Below are positions 17,544-26,182 of a stretch of DNA of 64,000 nt, piece after piece; positions within the stretch are counted from its first letter, which is position 1; each line of letters opens with the position of its first letter. The translations under genes were made by a program, and so were the position numbers. The DNA is from an uncultured Bacilli bacterium (GTDB taxonomy: Bacteria > Bacillota_I > Bacilli_A > RF39 > UBA660): contig CAKPFD010000002.1 of NCBI GenBank assembly GCA_934149515.1, positions 98,209 to 162,208 on the forward strand. Direction: 5' to 3'. The notes beneath the pieces were generated by a model, which worked only from the letters and a program-made list of their open reading frames with translations, did no database searches and was not told where the DNA came from.

Positions 17544-19445
17544 ATGGAAAAATATGATGATAATTCGATTAAAATTTTAGAAGGGCTAGAAGCAGTTAGA
17601 AAAAGACCTGGTATGTATATTGGTTCAACGGATAAGAAAGGTTTACACCATCTTGTTTGGGAAATTGTCGATAATGCTATCGATGAAGCGATCAATGGAT
17701 ATGGAAAACATATTAAAATTACAATTCATAAGGATAAAAGTATATCTGTCGCTGATGAAGGAAGGGGTGTTCCCGTTGGAATGCATGCTTCAGGAAAACC
17801 AACGCCAGAAGTTATTTATACCATTTTACATGCTGGTGGAAAATTTGAAGAAGCAGGGTATAAAGTATCTGGTGGACTACATGGTGTTGGTGGAAGTGTG
17901 GTCAATGCCTTATCTAAATGGATGGAAGTAACTATCAAAAGAGATAAAGGGGAATACTATATTCGTTTTGAAAATGGTGGAAAAGTAGTTGTACCTTTAA
18001 AACAAATTGGAACAACCAATAAAACTGGAACCACTGTTCGTTTTATGCCAGATGATACGATTTTTTCTACAACGAACTTTTCTTATACAACAATTTGTGA
18101 AAGAATGCAAGAATCAGCTTTTTTATTAAAAGGGTTAACGATTGAAGTGATTGATGAAGAAGATGATCGTCACAACACTTTCCATTATGAAACAGGACTT
18201 GTCGCTTTTGTTGAATATCTAAATGAAGATAAACAAACCATGCATAATGTGTTAGATTTTGAAGGAACAAAAAATCGTATTGAAGTAGAAATTGCAATGC
18301 AATATACCAATACCTATCAAGAAAATATCGTATCCTTTGTCAATAACGTTAAAACAAGTGATGGTGGAACTCATGAAGTAGGATTCAAAACAGCCTTAAC
18401 TCGTGTATTTAATGACTATGCGAAAAATAACGGATTTATTAAAGGCAAAGAAAAATCATTAGAAGGAAGCGATGTAAGAGAAGGCTTAACAGCAGTCATT
18501 TCCTTAAAAATACCAGAAGATTTATTACAATTTGAAGGACAAACCAAAGGAAAACTAGGAACGCCTCAAGCTCGTACTATTGTCGATGCTATCGTTAGTG
18601 AAAAATTACAATTTTTCCTAGAAGAAAATAAAGCCATTGCCACAGATATCATCACCAAATCACTAAAAAGCAAACTAGCAAGAGAAGCCGCTAGAAAAGC
18701 CCGGGAAGAAGCCCGTAAAGGAAATGGTAAGAAAAAAGAAGAACGTTCTTTATCCGGTAAATTAGCACCAGCACAAAGCAAAGATAAAACGAAAAAAGAA
18801 CTATTCCTAGTAGAAGGAGATTCTGCTGGTGGATCAGCCAAACAAGGTAGAGATAGAAAATATCAAGCCATTTTACCATTGCGTGGAAAAGTATTAAATA
18901 CTGAAAAAACCAAAGAAGAAGATATCTTAAAAAATGAAGAAATCAATACGATGATTTATACCATTGGAGCAGGGTATGGTTCAAACTTTGATCTAGCCGA
19001 CTGTGAATATTCAAAAGTCATTATCATGAGTGATGCTGATGAAGATGGTGGACACATTCAATGCTTATTATTAACCTTTTTCTATCGTTATATGAGACCA
19101 TTAATTGAAGATGGACGTTTATTTGTGGCACTACCACCATTATTTAAAATTCAAAGTGGTAAAACAATTGAATACGCTTATACTGTTGAAGAAATGAAAG
19201 AAAAAAGCAAAGGCAAAAAATGCGATATTCAACGATATAAAGGATTAGGTGAAATGAATGCTGATCAACTATGTGAAACAACCATGCAAAAAGGAACAAG
19301 AACACTAATTCGTGTCAACATTGAAGACGCTCAACTAGCCGAAAAACGTGTCTCTGTTTTAATGGGAGATGAAGTAGCACCAAGAAAAGAATGGATCGAA
19401 GAAAACGTTGAATTTTCATTAGAAGATGATTATGAAATTAAGTAG
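17544..19445 (+). CDS. parE: DNA topoisomerase IV subunit B
   Basis: 'LEGLEAVRKRPGMYIGST', the 'EGDSAGGSAKQGRDR' Toprim motif and 'PLRGKVLN'. Called ParE because the partner A subunit lacks a GyrA box. Confidence 0.85.
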   Translation: MEKYDDNSIKILEGLEAVRKRPGMYIGSTDKKGLHHLVWEIVDNAIDEAINGYGKHIKITIHKDKSISVADEGRGVPVGMHASGKPTPEVIYTILHAGGKFEEAGYKVSGGLHGVGGSVVNALSKWMEVTIKRDKGEYYIRFENGGKVVVPLKQIGTTNKTGTTVRFMPDDTIFSTTNFSYTTICERMQESAFLLKGLTIEVIDEEDDRHNTFHYETGLVAFVEYLNEDKQTMHNVLDFEGTKNRIEVEIAMQYTNTYQENIVSFVNNVKTSDGGTHEVGFKTALTRVFNDYAKNNGFIKGKEKSLEGSDVREGLTAVISLKIPEDLLQFEGQTKGKLGTPQARTIVDAIVSEKLQFFLEENKAIATDIITKSLKSKLAREAARKAREEARKGNGKKKEERSLSGKLAPAQSKDKTKKELFLVEGDSAGGSAKQGRDRKYQAILPLRGKVLNTEKTKEEDILKNEEINTMIYTIGAGYGSNFDLADCEYSKVIIMSDADEDGGHIQCLLLTFFYRYMRPLIEDGRLFVALPPLFKIQSGKTIEYAYTVEEMKEKSKGKKCDIQRYKGLGEMNADQLCETTMQKGTRTLIRVNIEDAQLAEKRVSVLMGDEVAPRKEWIEENVEFSLEDDYEIK

Positions 19446-19460
19446 AAATTAGGTGAAAAT

Positions 19461-21968
19461 ATGACAAATAATAAAGAACAAACACAACAAACACTAGAAA
19501 AAATATTTGATTATACCCTAGAAGATATCATGGGCGAACGCTTTGGTAGTTACTCTAAATACATCATTCAAGATAGAGCAATTCCTGATGCAAGAGATGG
19601 CTTAAAACCAGTACAACGTCGTATCTTATATTCTATGAATAAAGAAAAAAATACCTATGATCATGGTTATCGAAAAAGTGCCAAAACAGTAGGAGATGTC
19701 ATTGGTAATTATCATCCTCATGGTGATAGCTCTATCTATGATGCTATGGTAAGAATGAGCCAAGCTTGGAAAACACGCCTTCCTTACATTGACATGCATG
19801 GGAATAATGGTTCTATCGATGGCGATAGTCCAGCAGCTTATCGTTATACAGAAGCCCGTCTTTCTAAGATTGCTAATGAAATGTTGCGTGATATTGATAA
19901 GGATACTGTAGAATTTGCACCGAACTTTGATGATACAACAGTTGAACCAACAGTTTTACCAGCAAGGTTTCCAGCCCTTTTAGTCTATGGAGCAATGGGA
20001 ATATCAGCAGGATATGCTACCAATATTCCACCACATAATCTAAATGAAATCGTAAATGCTACTATCTATCGAATTGATCATGAAGACTGCAGCTTAGAAG
20101 AATTAATGCAATTTGTTAAAGGACCAGACTTTCCAACTGGTGGAATTGTCGAAGGCTTAGCAGGTATCAAAGAAGCATACCAAACAGGAAGAGGACGAAT
20201 TATTATCAAAAGTCGTTATCAAATCGAAAAAGATGCCATCATCATTACCGAAATACCATTCGAGGTCAATAAAGCCCAATTAGTAAAAAAAATAGATGAT
20301 ATTAAATTAGATAAAAAAATCGAAGGAATTGCTGAAGTACGTGATGAATCTGCCCAAGATATCCGTATTGTCATTGATTTAAAGAAAAATGCCAACCAAG
20401 ATTTAATCATCAACTACCTATTAAAAAATACTGATATGCAAATTAGTTACAACTTCAACATGGTAGCTATCGTCAACAAACGCCCTAAATTATTAGGACT
20501 AGAAAAAGCCTTAGATGCCTTTATTAATCACCAAAAAACAGTAGTAAAAAGAAGAACAACATTCGATTTAGCACATGCCAAAGCAAGATATCATATCGTT
20601 GAAGGCTTAATAAAATGTCTTTCCATCTTAGATGAAGTCATTCAAACAATCAGGCAATCTAAAAACAAACAAGACGCCAAAGAAAATCTAGTACGTTTAT
20701 ATGACTTTACCATAGAACAAGCAGAAGCTATCGTTACCTTGCAATTATATCGCTTAACCAACACAGATGTAGTAGCACTAGAAGAAGAAATGCAAAACCT
20801 TGAAAAAATCATTCACGGCTTAAATGCAATTTTAGGAAGCGAAGAAATCTTGAAAAATGTCATGAAAAAAGATTTAAACGATCTAAACACCAACTATCAA
20901 ACACCACGTCTTACTGATATCAAAGATGAAATTACCGAAATTAAAATTGAAAAAACAGCCATGATCGCCAAAGAAGATACAATCGTAACACTAAGTAAAG
21001 ATGGCTATATCAAACGAACTAACTTAAGAAGCTATAGTGCCAGCAATGGCGAAGAAACAACCCTAAAAGAAAATGACTATTTACTAGGAATTGCCAAGAT
21101 GAATACCCTACAAACATTACTAGTATTTACCTCATTAGGAAACTTCTTATCCATTCCAGTTCACACTATCTATGATTTAAAATGGAAAGATCTAGGAAAA
21201 CATGTTAGTAACTTAGTACCACTTGATCAAGAAGAAGAGATCATCGGAATGATACCAGTCAAAGACTTTTCTGATAAAGTAAACATCTTACTAACAACAA
21301 AACTAGGAATGATTAAACGAACCAGTTTAGAAGAATTTAAACTAACAAGAAACTCTAAACCAAGTAGTTGTATGAAATTAAAACAAGAAGATAAATTAGT
21401 AAGCGTCAGCCTAGATACCGAAGAAGACATCTTTATTGAAACTTACCAAGGCTATGGATTATGGTTTTCTAAAGAAGAAGTACCAATTGTTGGTATTAAA
21501 GCAGCAGGAGTTAAAGCCATTAACTTAAAAGATGATAAGATCGTGTCAGCACTTAACTTTGCAGAAAATAAAATCGAATATATTGCAATTGTTACAGATA
21601 AAGGGACAGGTAAAAGAATGCATTTAAAAGACTTTGAAAAAACAACAAGAGCTCGTCGTGGACTAATGACCATAAGAGATGTCAAAACAAATCCATATCA
21701 CATCATCAAAGCCTTTATGCCAAACCTAAAAGATAAAATAGGACTAAAAACAGGAGAAATCATCCAAATAAAAACAACTGATCTAAAAGTAAGCGATCGC
21801 TACTCAACTGGTAATACCATTACCAAAAAACCAATTGAAGACGTTTTTCTTTACCAAGACTTGATAGAAGAACAACAAGATGAACCAGTCAAAGAAATCC
21901 CTAAAAAAGATCAAATTTCTTTAGAAGAAATCGATGCTAGATTGATGACAATTGATGATTTTTTATAA
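19461..21968 (+). CDS. parC: DNA topoisomerase IV subunit A
   Basis: 'RDGLKPVQRRILY', 'HPHGDSSIYDAMVRM' and active-site 'AAYRYTEARL'. There is no QRRGGKG GyrA box after 'KDGYIKRT'. Confidence 0.85.
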   Translation: MTNNKEQTQQTLEKIFDYTLEDIMGERFGSYSKYIIQDRAIPDARDGLKPVQRRILYSMNKEKNTYDHGYRKSAKTVGDVIGNYHPHGDSSIYDAMVRMSQAWKTRLPYIDMHGNNGSIDGDSPAAYRYTEARLSKIANEMLRDIDKDTVEFAPNFDDTTVEPTVLPARFPALLVYGAMGISAGYATNIPPHNLNEIVNATIYRIDHEDCSLEELMQFVKGPDFPTGGIVEGLAGIKEAYQTGRGRIIIKSRYQIEKDAIIITEIPFEVNKAQLVKKIDDIKLDKKIEGIAEVRDESAQDIRIVIDLKKNANQDLIINYLLKNTDMQISYNFNMVAIVNKRPKLLGLEKALDAFINHQKTVVKRRTTFDLAHAKARYHIVEGLIKCLSILDEVIQTIRQSKNKQDAKENLVRLYDFTIEQAEAIVTLQLYRLTNTDVVALEEEMQNLEKIIHGLNAILGSEEILKNVMKKDLNDLNTNYQTPRLTDIKDEITEIKIEKTAMIAKEDTIVTLSKDGYIKRTNLRSYSASNGEETTLKENDYLLGIAKMNTLQTLLVFTSLGNFLSIPVHTIYDLKWKDLGKHVSNLVPLDQEEEIIGMIPVKDFSDKVNILLTTKLGMIKRTSLEEFKLTRNSKPSSCMKLKQEDKLVSVSLDTEEDIFIETYQGYGLWFSKEEVPIVGIKAAGVKAINLKDDKIVSALNFAENKIEYIAIVTDKGTGKRMHLKDFEKTTRARRGLMTIRDVKTNPYHIIKAFMPNLKDKIGLKTGEIIQIKTTDLKVSDRYSTGNTITKKPIEDVFLYQDLIEEQQDEPVKEIPKKDQISLEEIDARLMTIDDFL

Positions 21969-22021
21969 AAAAATAGATATAATTCTATTTTTTTTCATAT
22001 AGTAGTGGTAGGTGAAGTTTG

Positions 22022-22381
22022 ATGTCAAAAGAAGCATTTAAAAGTTTTGTAAGACAACATCCCTATTTAACCGATTCTGTTTATCAACATCGCACCACCT
22101 GGCAAGAATTATATGAATTGTATGACATCTATGGTAATGATGAACAAATATTTAAAAAATATCAACTACCAAAAGAAGATACAACAACAAAAACAAAGAA
22201 TCAATTTGCTTTTAACGAACTAATTTCCATGATTCAAAATGTTGATTTAGAAACAGTACAAAAAGGTGTCAACGGACTTCAAAAAGCAATCGGCTTATTA
22301 CAAGAAATAGCACCAAATAAAGACAAAACCATAACACCCCAATATGAAGAAAGACCACTATATAAATATTATGAGGACTAA
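22022..22381 (+). CDS. YlbD-like protein
   Basis: 'FKSFVRQHPYLTDSVYQHRTTWQELYELYDIYGNDEQIF' matches the Bacillus YlbD pattern. It lies immediately upstream of a YlbE-like gene. Confidence 0.6.
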   Translation: MSKEAFKSFVRQHPYLTDSVYQHRTTWQELYELYDIYGNDEQIFKKYQLPKEDTTTKTKNQFAFNELISMIQNVDLETVQKGVNGLQKAIGLLQEIAPNKDKTITPQYEERPLYKYYED

Positions 22382-22602
22382 TGCAAGTAGCAACTCTGAT
22401 TGCAATTAAAAATAACCCTAACTTATATCGTTATTTACAAGAAAATTCATATTGGTATAAATACTTAAATAGAAGCCCCATCTATCTTGAACAAATGATG
22501 GAACAAATGAAAGAAGCCTATCACTTAACGCCAGCTGCCAAAATGGAAAACATCGCCAAAACAATGAATTTAGTAAAAAATTTTATGGACATTATCAATT
22601 AA
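22381..22602 (+). CDS. YlbE-like protein
   Basis: 'IKNNPNLYRYLQENSYWYKYLNRSPIYLEQMMEQMKEAY' matches the YlbE family pattern. TAATG overlap with the upstream gene. Confidence 0.6.
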   Translation: MQVATLIAIKNNPNLYRYLQENSYWYKYLNRSPIYLEQMMEQMKEAYHLTPAAKMENIAKTMNLVKNFMDIIN

Positions 22603-22660
22603 AATAGGTATGATAATCTTATAAGAAAAATAGAAAAAAGAAGAAATTCTTCTGTAATTA

Positions 22661-22694
22661 AAGATCAAGGTAATCTATTTTCTTGATCTTTTTA
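22661..22694 (+). terminator. terminator-like hairpin about 25 nt upstream of the paralog A start
   Basis: AAGATCAAG (22661-22669) pairs with CTTGATCTT (22682-22690), followed by a T run. The same 'GATCA(A/G)G...CTTGATCTTTTT' element precedes paralog B. Confidence 0.5.
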
Positions 22695-22718
22695 TTTGTT
22701 AAATAGTAGGGGTGAGCT

Positions 22719-24584
22719 ATGAAGAATAAAAAAGAACCGAAAAAGAAACTAATAATCAGTTTTCTAGTGCTATTTTTATGTATTATCATTGGTATCAGTT
22801 ATGCTTATTTATCGATATTTTTGACATCGAATAAAGAAAATCTTGTTAAAGTAGGGGATTTAAATCTAGTGTTAGATGAAACTTCTAGTAATGGGATAAC
22901 TTTAGAAAATGATGTTGCCATCACCGATGAAGAAGGATTAGCACAAGAAGGAACAAGCTTTTCTTTAAAGAATAATGGTAAGGCTTATATTTGTTATAAG
23001 TTATATTTAGATGATAAAGATCTAACCAGTGGCGAAACAAGAGTCGATGATAAATTAATTAAATTCAGTTTAGATAAAGATAGTGCAGTAGGGAAAGCCC
23101 AAACACTACCAACGATTGGTACCAATCCAAACCGTTTGTTGGATGAAGGAACAATTGATAGTGGAGCTACAATTAATTACAAATTACGCTTATGGTTTAA
23201 TAGTGAAATAGATGCCAATTACTCTGGCCAAGTTTTTAAAGGAAAATTAAGAGTAGAAGCAACCCAGTGTGAAAAATTACCAACAGTCTCTGAACAATTA
23301 CTAGCAGGAGTAGGTACTAAAGGAGCAATAGATACCTCTGATTCAGAGCAAACTTTTATCACTGGGACAGATCCAAACAACTATATTTGGTATAGTGGAA
23401 AACTATGGAGAGCAGTATCGATTGATCCGACCGATAATAGTGTCAAACTAGTAACACAATGGAATATATCAATAATTCCATATAATAGAAATGGTAACAC
23501 AAATTTTGAAGAAAGCCATACACAACAATGGTTGAATGATACAACAGAAGATGGTTTCTTAGGAAATTTAAGAGATTATGAAAAATTCATTAAAACTAAT
23601 AGCGTTTGGAATGCCACACAAACAACTGCAACGACAAAACCTGATAAAACCACAATGGTAACAAGTACAGTAGGATTATTAAATATGTATGAATATGTAA
23701 TGAGTTATAAAAATGCTACTACATCAACAGGTTATTTAAATAATGGTCTATATTGGTGGACGTTAACACCATATAGCACAACACTTGTTCGCTACATAAA
23801 CTATTATGGTAATATAGATAATCATAGTGTTGCATATTCATATGGAGTACGTCCTTCAATTAACTTAAAATCTAGTGTAGAAATTGTATCAGGAACCGGA
23901 ACAGAAGATAACCCTTATCGCTTAAAAGGAGATAGTGATGCACCAACATCAGGAACAAAATTAGCAACAAGATATAGTGGTGAGTACATACGATTTGGCA
24001 CTGGAGAAAACAATCTATATCAAATTGTCAGTCACGAAACAGAAAAAATGACAAAAATAGCAAGTGCTATGCCATTGAAAGAAAATGGAATTACTAAACT
24101 AATGACTTTTGCAAGTTCAGGAGTTAATTATTCAAGTAGTAATACAATAGGAGCATTTTTGAATGGTGAGTATTTAACAAGTGGAAGTTATCTAACGACT
24201 GCTCAAATAAATATGATAGAAGATAATACTACCTGGTATTTGGGAACAGTTGGATTTTGTATGAGTTATAAACTAGCCAAATACACAAATACATCTAGTA
24301 CATCAGTAACATCAAATACAACGACAGCCAAAATTGGATTATTAAGAATAGGGGAATTAAATGCAGGGCAATTTATTAGATATGGAAATAATACAACACA
24401 TTGGTCATTAACACCATATAGCACAACTAACGTTAATTACATAGATAATCTTGGCGATACGAGCAATAATGTTGTTACAACTTTGTATGGTATTCGACCA
24501 ACCATGAATTTAAAGCCTAATGTCATTATCACAAGTGGTGATGGTACAAAAGATAATCCATTTGAAGTGAAATTAGCAGGATAA
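22719..24584 (+). CDS. secreted surface protein, paralog A: SipW/TasA-type signal, camelysin-like N-domain and two lectin-like 'GxRPxxNLK' modules
   Basis: RBS AGGGGTGA. Signal-anchor 'FLCIIIGISYAYLS'. N-domain motifs 'VGDLNLVLDE', 'SFSLKNNGKAY' and 'GQVFKGKLRVEATQ' parallel TasA/camelysin. Two modules end in 'YGVRPSINLK...GTGTEDNPYRLKGD' and 'YGIRPTMNLK...GDGTKDNPFEV'. Confidence 0.85.
   Translation: MKNKKEPKKKLIISFLVLFLCIIIGISYAYLSIFLTSNKENLVKVGDLNLVLDETSSNGITLENDVAITDEEGLAQEGTSFSLKNNGKAYICYKLYLDDKDLTSGETRVDDKLIKFSLDKDSAVGKAQTLPTIGTNPNRLLDEGTIDSGATINYKLRLWFNSEIDANYSGQVFKGKLRVEATQCEKLPTVSEQLLAGVGTKGAIDTSDSEQTFITGTDPNNYIWYSGKLWRAVSIDPTDNSVKLVTQWNISIIPYNRNGNTNFEESHTQQWLNDTTEDGFLGNLRDYEKFIKTNSVWNATQTTATTKPDKTTMVTSTVGLLNMYEYVMSYKNATTSTGYLNNGLYWWTLTPYSTTLVRYINYYGNIDNHSVAYSYGVRPSINLKSSVEIVSGTGTEDNPYRLKGDSDAPTSGTKLATRYSGEYIRFGTGENNLYQIVSHETEKMTKIASAMPLKENGITKLMTFASSGVNYSSSNTIGAFLNGEYLTSGSYLTTAQINMIEDNTTWYLGTVGFCMSYKLAKYTNTSSTSVTSNTTTAKIGLLRIGELNAGQFIRYGNNTTHWSLTPYSTTNVNYIDNLGDTSNNVVTTLYGIRPTMNLKPNVIITSGDGTKDNPFEVKLAG
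23331..24584 (+). repeat. dispersed repeat copy 1 (3' two-thirds of paralog A), homologous to 32435-33686
   Basis: Long stretches are nearly identical at the DNA level, e.g. 'gatacctctgattcaga(g/a)caaac' and 'tttggtatagtggaaaactatggagag'. The variable loop segment interrupts them. Confidence 0.7.
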
Positions 24585-24693
24585 TGTTTTTTCGGTGCAG
24601 ATGTTCCTGAGCAGAAAAAAACATAAAAATTTAAATTTTAACTATAATTATAAATGTTAATAGATTATAGTAAGGTATGATCAAAAAGAAAAC

Positions 24694-24785
24694 GTCCGTT
24701 ATGTGAACAACAATGGCAATGCGAATAACAACGATGTTACGAATTCGAACGGGGGTCGTTCCATTTCCCTTTAAACCTAGTTGTT
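24694..24785 (+). pseudogene. orphan, Asn-codon-rich fragment of a 'GVRPxxxLK' module (no start, broken frame)
   Basis: Translates to 'RYVNNNGNANNNDVTNSNGG' and, after a 1-nt frame slip, 'VVPFPFKPS'. It aligns codon for codon with 'RYINYYGNIDNHSVAYSYGVRPSINLKSS' of paralog A (23790-23880). It is visibly more GC-rich than its surroundings. Confidence 0.45.
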
Positions 24786-24825
24786 TACGAAAGATGTAAA
24801 TAAAATAGCTAAAAGATACATCATT

Positions 24826-24853
24826 AAAAAAAGTCAAAACGTACCTGTTTTGG
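24826..24853 (-). terminator. terminator of the 24866-25801 gene
   Basis: On the minus strand: 'CCAAAAC-AGGTAC-GTTTTGAC' followed by T7. Confidence 0.5.
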
Positions 24854-24865
24854 CTTTTCCTTTTC

Positions 24866-25801
24866 TTAAAATAATTTTTTCACTTTAGGTGGTTTGCTTC
24901 GATCGAATACATCTTGTATCATTTCTATAATAATCTTATTTGTGTCATTAAATCTATTTGGTTTTTCATCGTAAAGAGAAGAAAACATCTCTTCTGCTAG
25001 AATATCACTTTGAATAGGGTTTAAAGTTTCAATGAAACTAGCTAAATAACATTTTGCTAACATGGCTTGATTTTGATAAGTACGTTTTTCTAAATCCTGA
25101 TCCGTTATATTACTTAATAAAAGCGTTGTATAATAAATAGGGTTTTCTGCCAAAAGCATCTTTTGATCAGAATAAAATGGTTCATACTGATGATAAAACT
25201 TGCAAGAAGTATCAAATCTGGTAGCAGAAATTTTAGCACTAGTTCTTGTAATCTTTTGATTTTTCAAAATCATTTCATCCATTAATTCTGGATATAAAAA
25301 TAAAAGTTGTTGTTGAAACTCATTTGCTACTTTCATTTCTTTTGCATCTTCTAATAAACCAATTAATCTCTCAACATGATCTAAACGATACAACACTAAA
25401 TCATCTATTTCTAAACCAGGTGGTACAAAATTAGTAAATAAATAAGAAAATAAAAAATCATAATCATCTTCATTTTCCACAAAATATTGCTCATCTTCTG
25501 CTAAAATTGTTAATAATTCAATATATAAACGTTGATAAGGAAAAAGTTTTTGATGATTTTCATTCGTTAAAAGATCAAATTCAATATTATAATCTTGCTT
25601 GGTTTGAAATAGTTGCTGAAAATAATGAAAATAATCAAATGCCTGTTTTGGCGTGATGCGACTTAAAATCTTTTTTTCTTCTTCCCGTAATAGTTGAATA
25701 TGTGGAAGATGTTTCTCATAATTTTCATCATTCATCAGTGCAATATGTTCCTTAGCAATTAAATTTTGATAACGATAAAGATTAAGATTCGTTTTACTCA
25801 T
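24866..25801 (-). CDS. hypothetical protein (311 aa, predicted all-helical, no recognised motif)
   Basis: Long ORF with its own terminator and a divergent promoter region. No family recognised by eye. Confidence 0.7.
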   Translation of the reverse strand: MSKTNLNLYRYQNLIAKEHIALMNDENYEKHLPHIQLLREEEKKILSRITPKQAFDYFHYFQQLFQTKQDYNIEFDLLTNENHQKLFPYQRLYIELLTILAEDEQYFVENEDDYDFLFSYLFTNFVPPGLEIDDLVLYRLDHVERLIGLLEDAKEMKVANEFQQQLLFLYPELMDEMILKNQKITRTSAKISATRFDTSCKFYHQYEPFYSDQKMLLAENPIYYTTLLLSNITDQDLEKRTYQNQAMLAKCYLASFIETLNPIQSDILAEEMFSSLYDEKPNRFNDTNKIIIEMIQDVFDRSKPPKVKKLF

Positions 25802-25906
25802 ATACCCATCTCACCTCGATTTAGAGTTATTATAACGATAAAACAGTAAAAAATCTAGTCATAATCTAAAATTTTCGTTATAATAAAAAAGAACTAGGTG
25901 ATAACA

Positions 25907-26182
25907 ATGATGGAAATATTAAATCAATATCAAAATGTATTAGATGCAATTGATCATTCCAAATTAATAAAAGATTATCAAGAAGCGAAAGAAAAAGTAT
26001 TACAAGATGAATCATTACAACAATTAATTGAAAAATATCATCAAACTAAAGATCCAAAACTCCAACAAAAAATTTATCAAAATGAAGCATATCAAGCTTT
26101 CAAACAACAAGAGACTAATCTTAATATTTTAATTATTCAACTGAACTTTTTATTAAAAGAATTGAAAGGAAAAAAAGCATGA
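25907..26182 (+). CDS. YlbF/YmcA (UPF0342) family protein
   Basis: 'LDAIDHSKLIKDYQEAKEKVLQDESLQQLIEKYHQ' fits the YlbF/YheA pattern. It lies directly upstream of rsmD, as in Bacillus. Confidence 0.6.
   Translation: MMEILNQYQNVLDAIDHSKLIKDYQEAKEKVLQDESLQQLIEKYHQTKDPKLQQKIYQNEAYQAFKQQETNLNILIIQLNFLLKELKGKKA

Noticed and set aside
17544-21968. Calling the type II topoisomerase pair gyrB/gyrA.
   Set aside because: The A subunit lacks the GyrA box (QRRGGKG) after the 'GYIKR' blade start, and the pair is not in a dnaA-dnaN-recF context. ParE/ParC is more likely.
24585-24865. An active diversity-generating retroelement downstream of paralog A, and the 68-aa minus-strand ORF at 24631-24837.
   Set aside because: No reverse transcriptase or Avd ORF is nearby. 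The fragment-versus-gene mismatches are not restricted to template adenines. The 68-aa ORF is the antisense reading of the fragment with no RBS. Only the fossil interpretation is kept as a finding.
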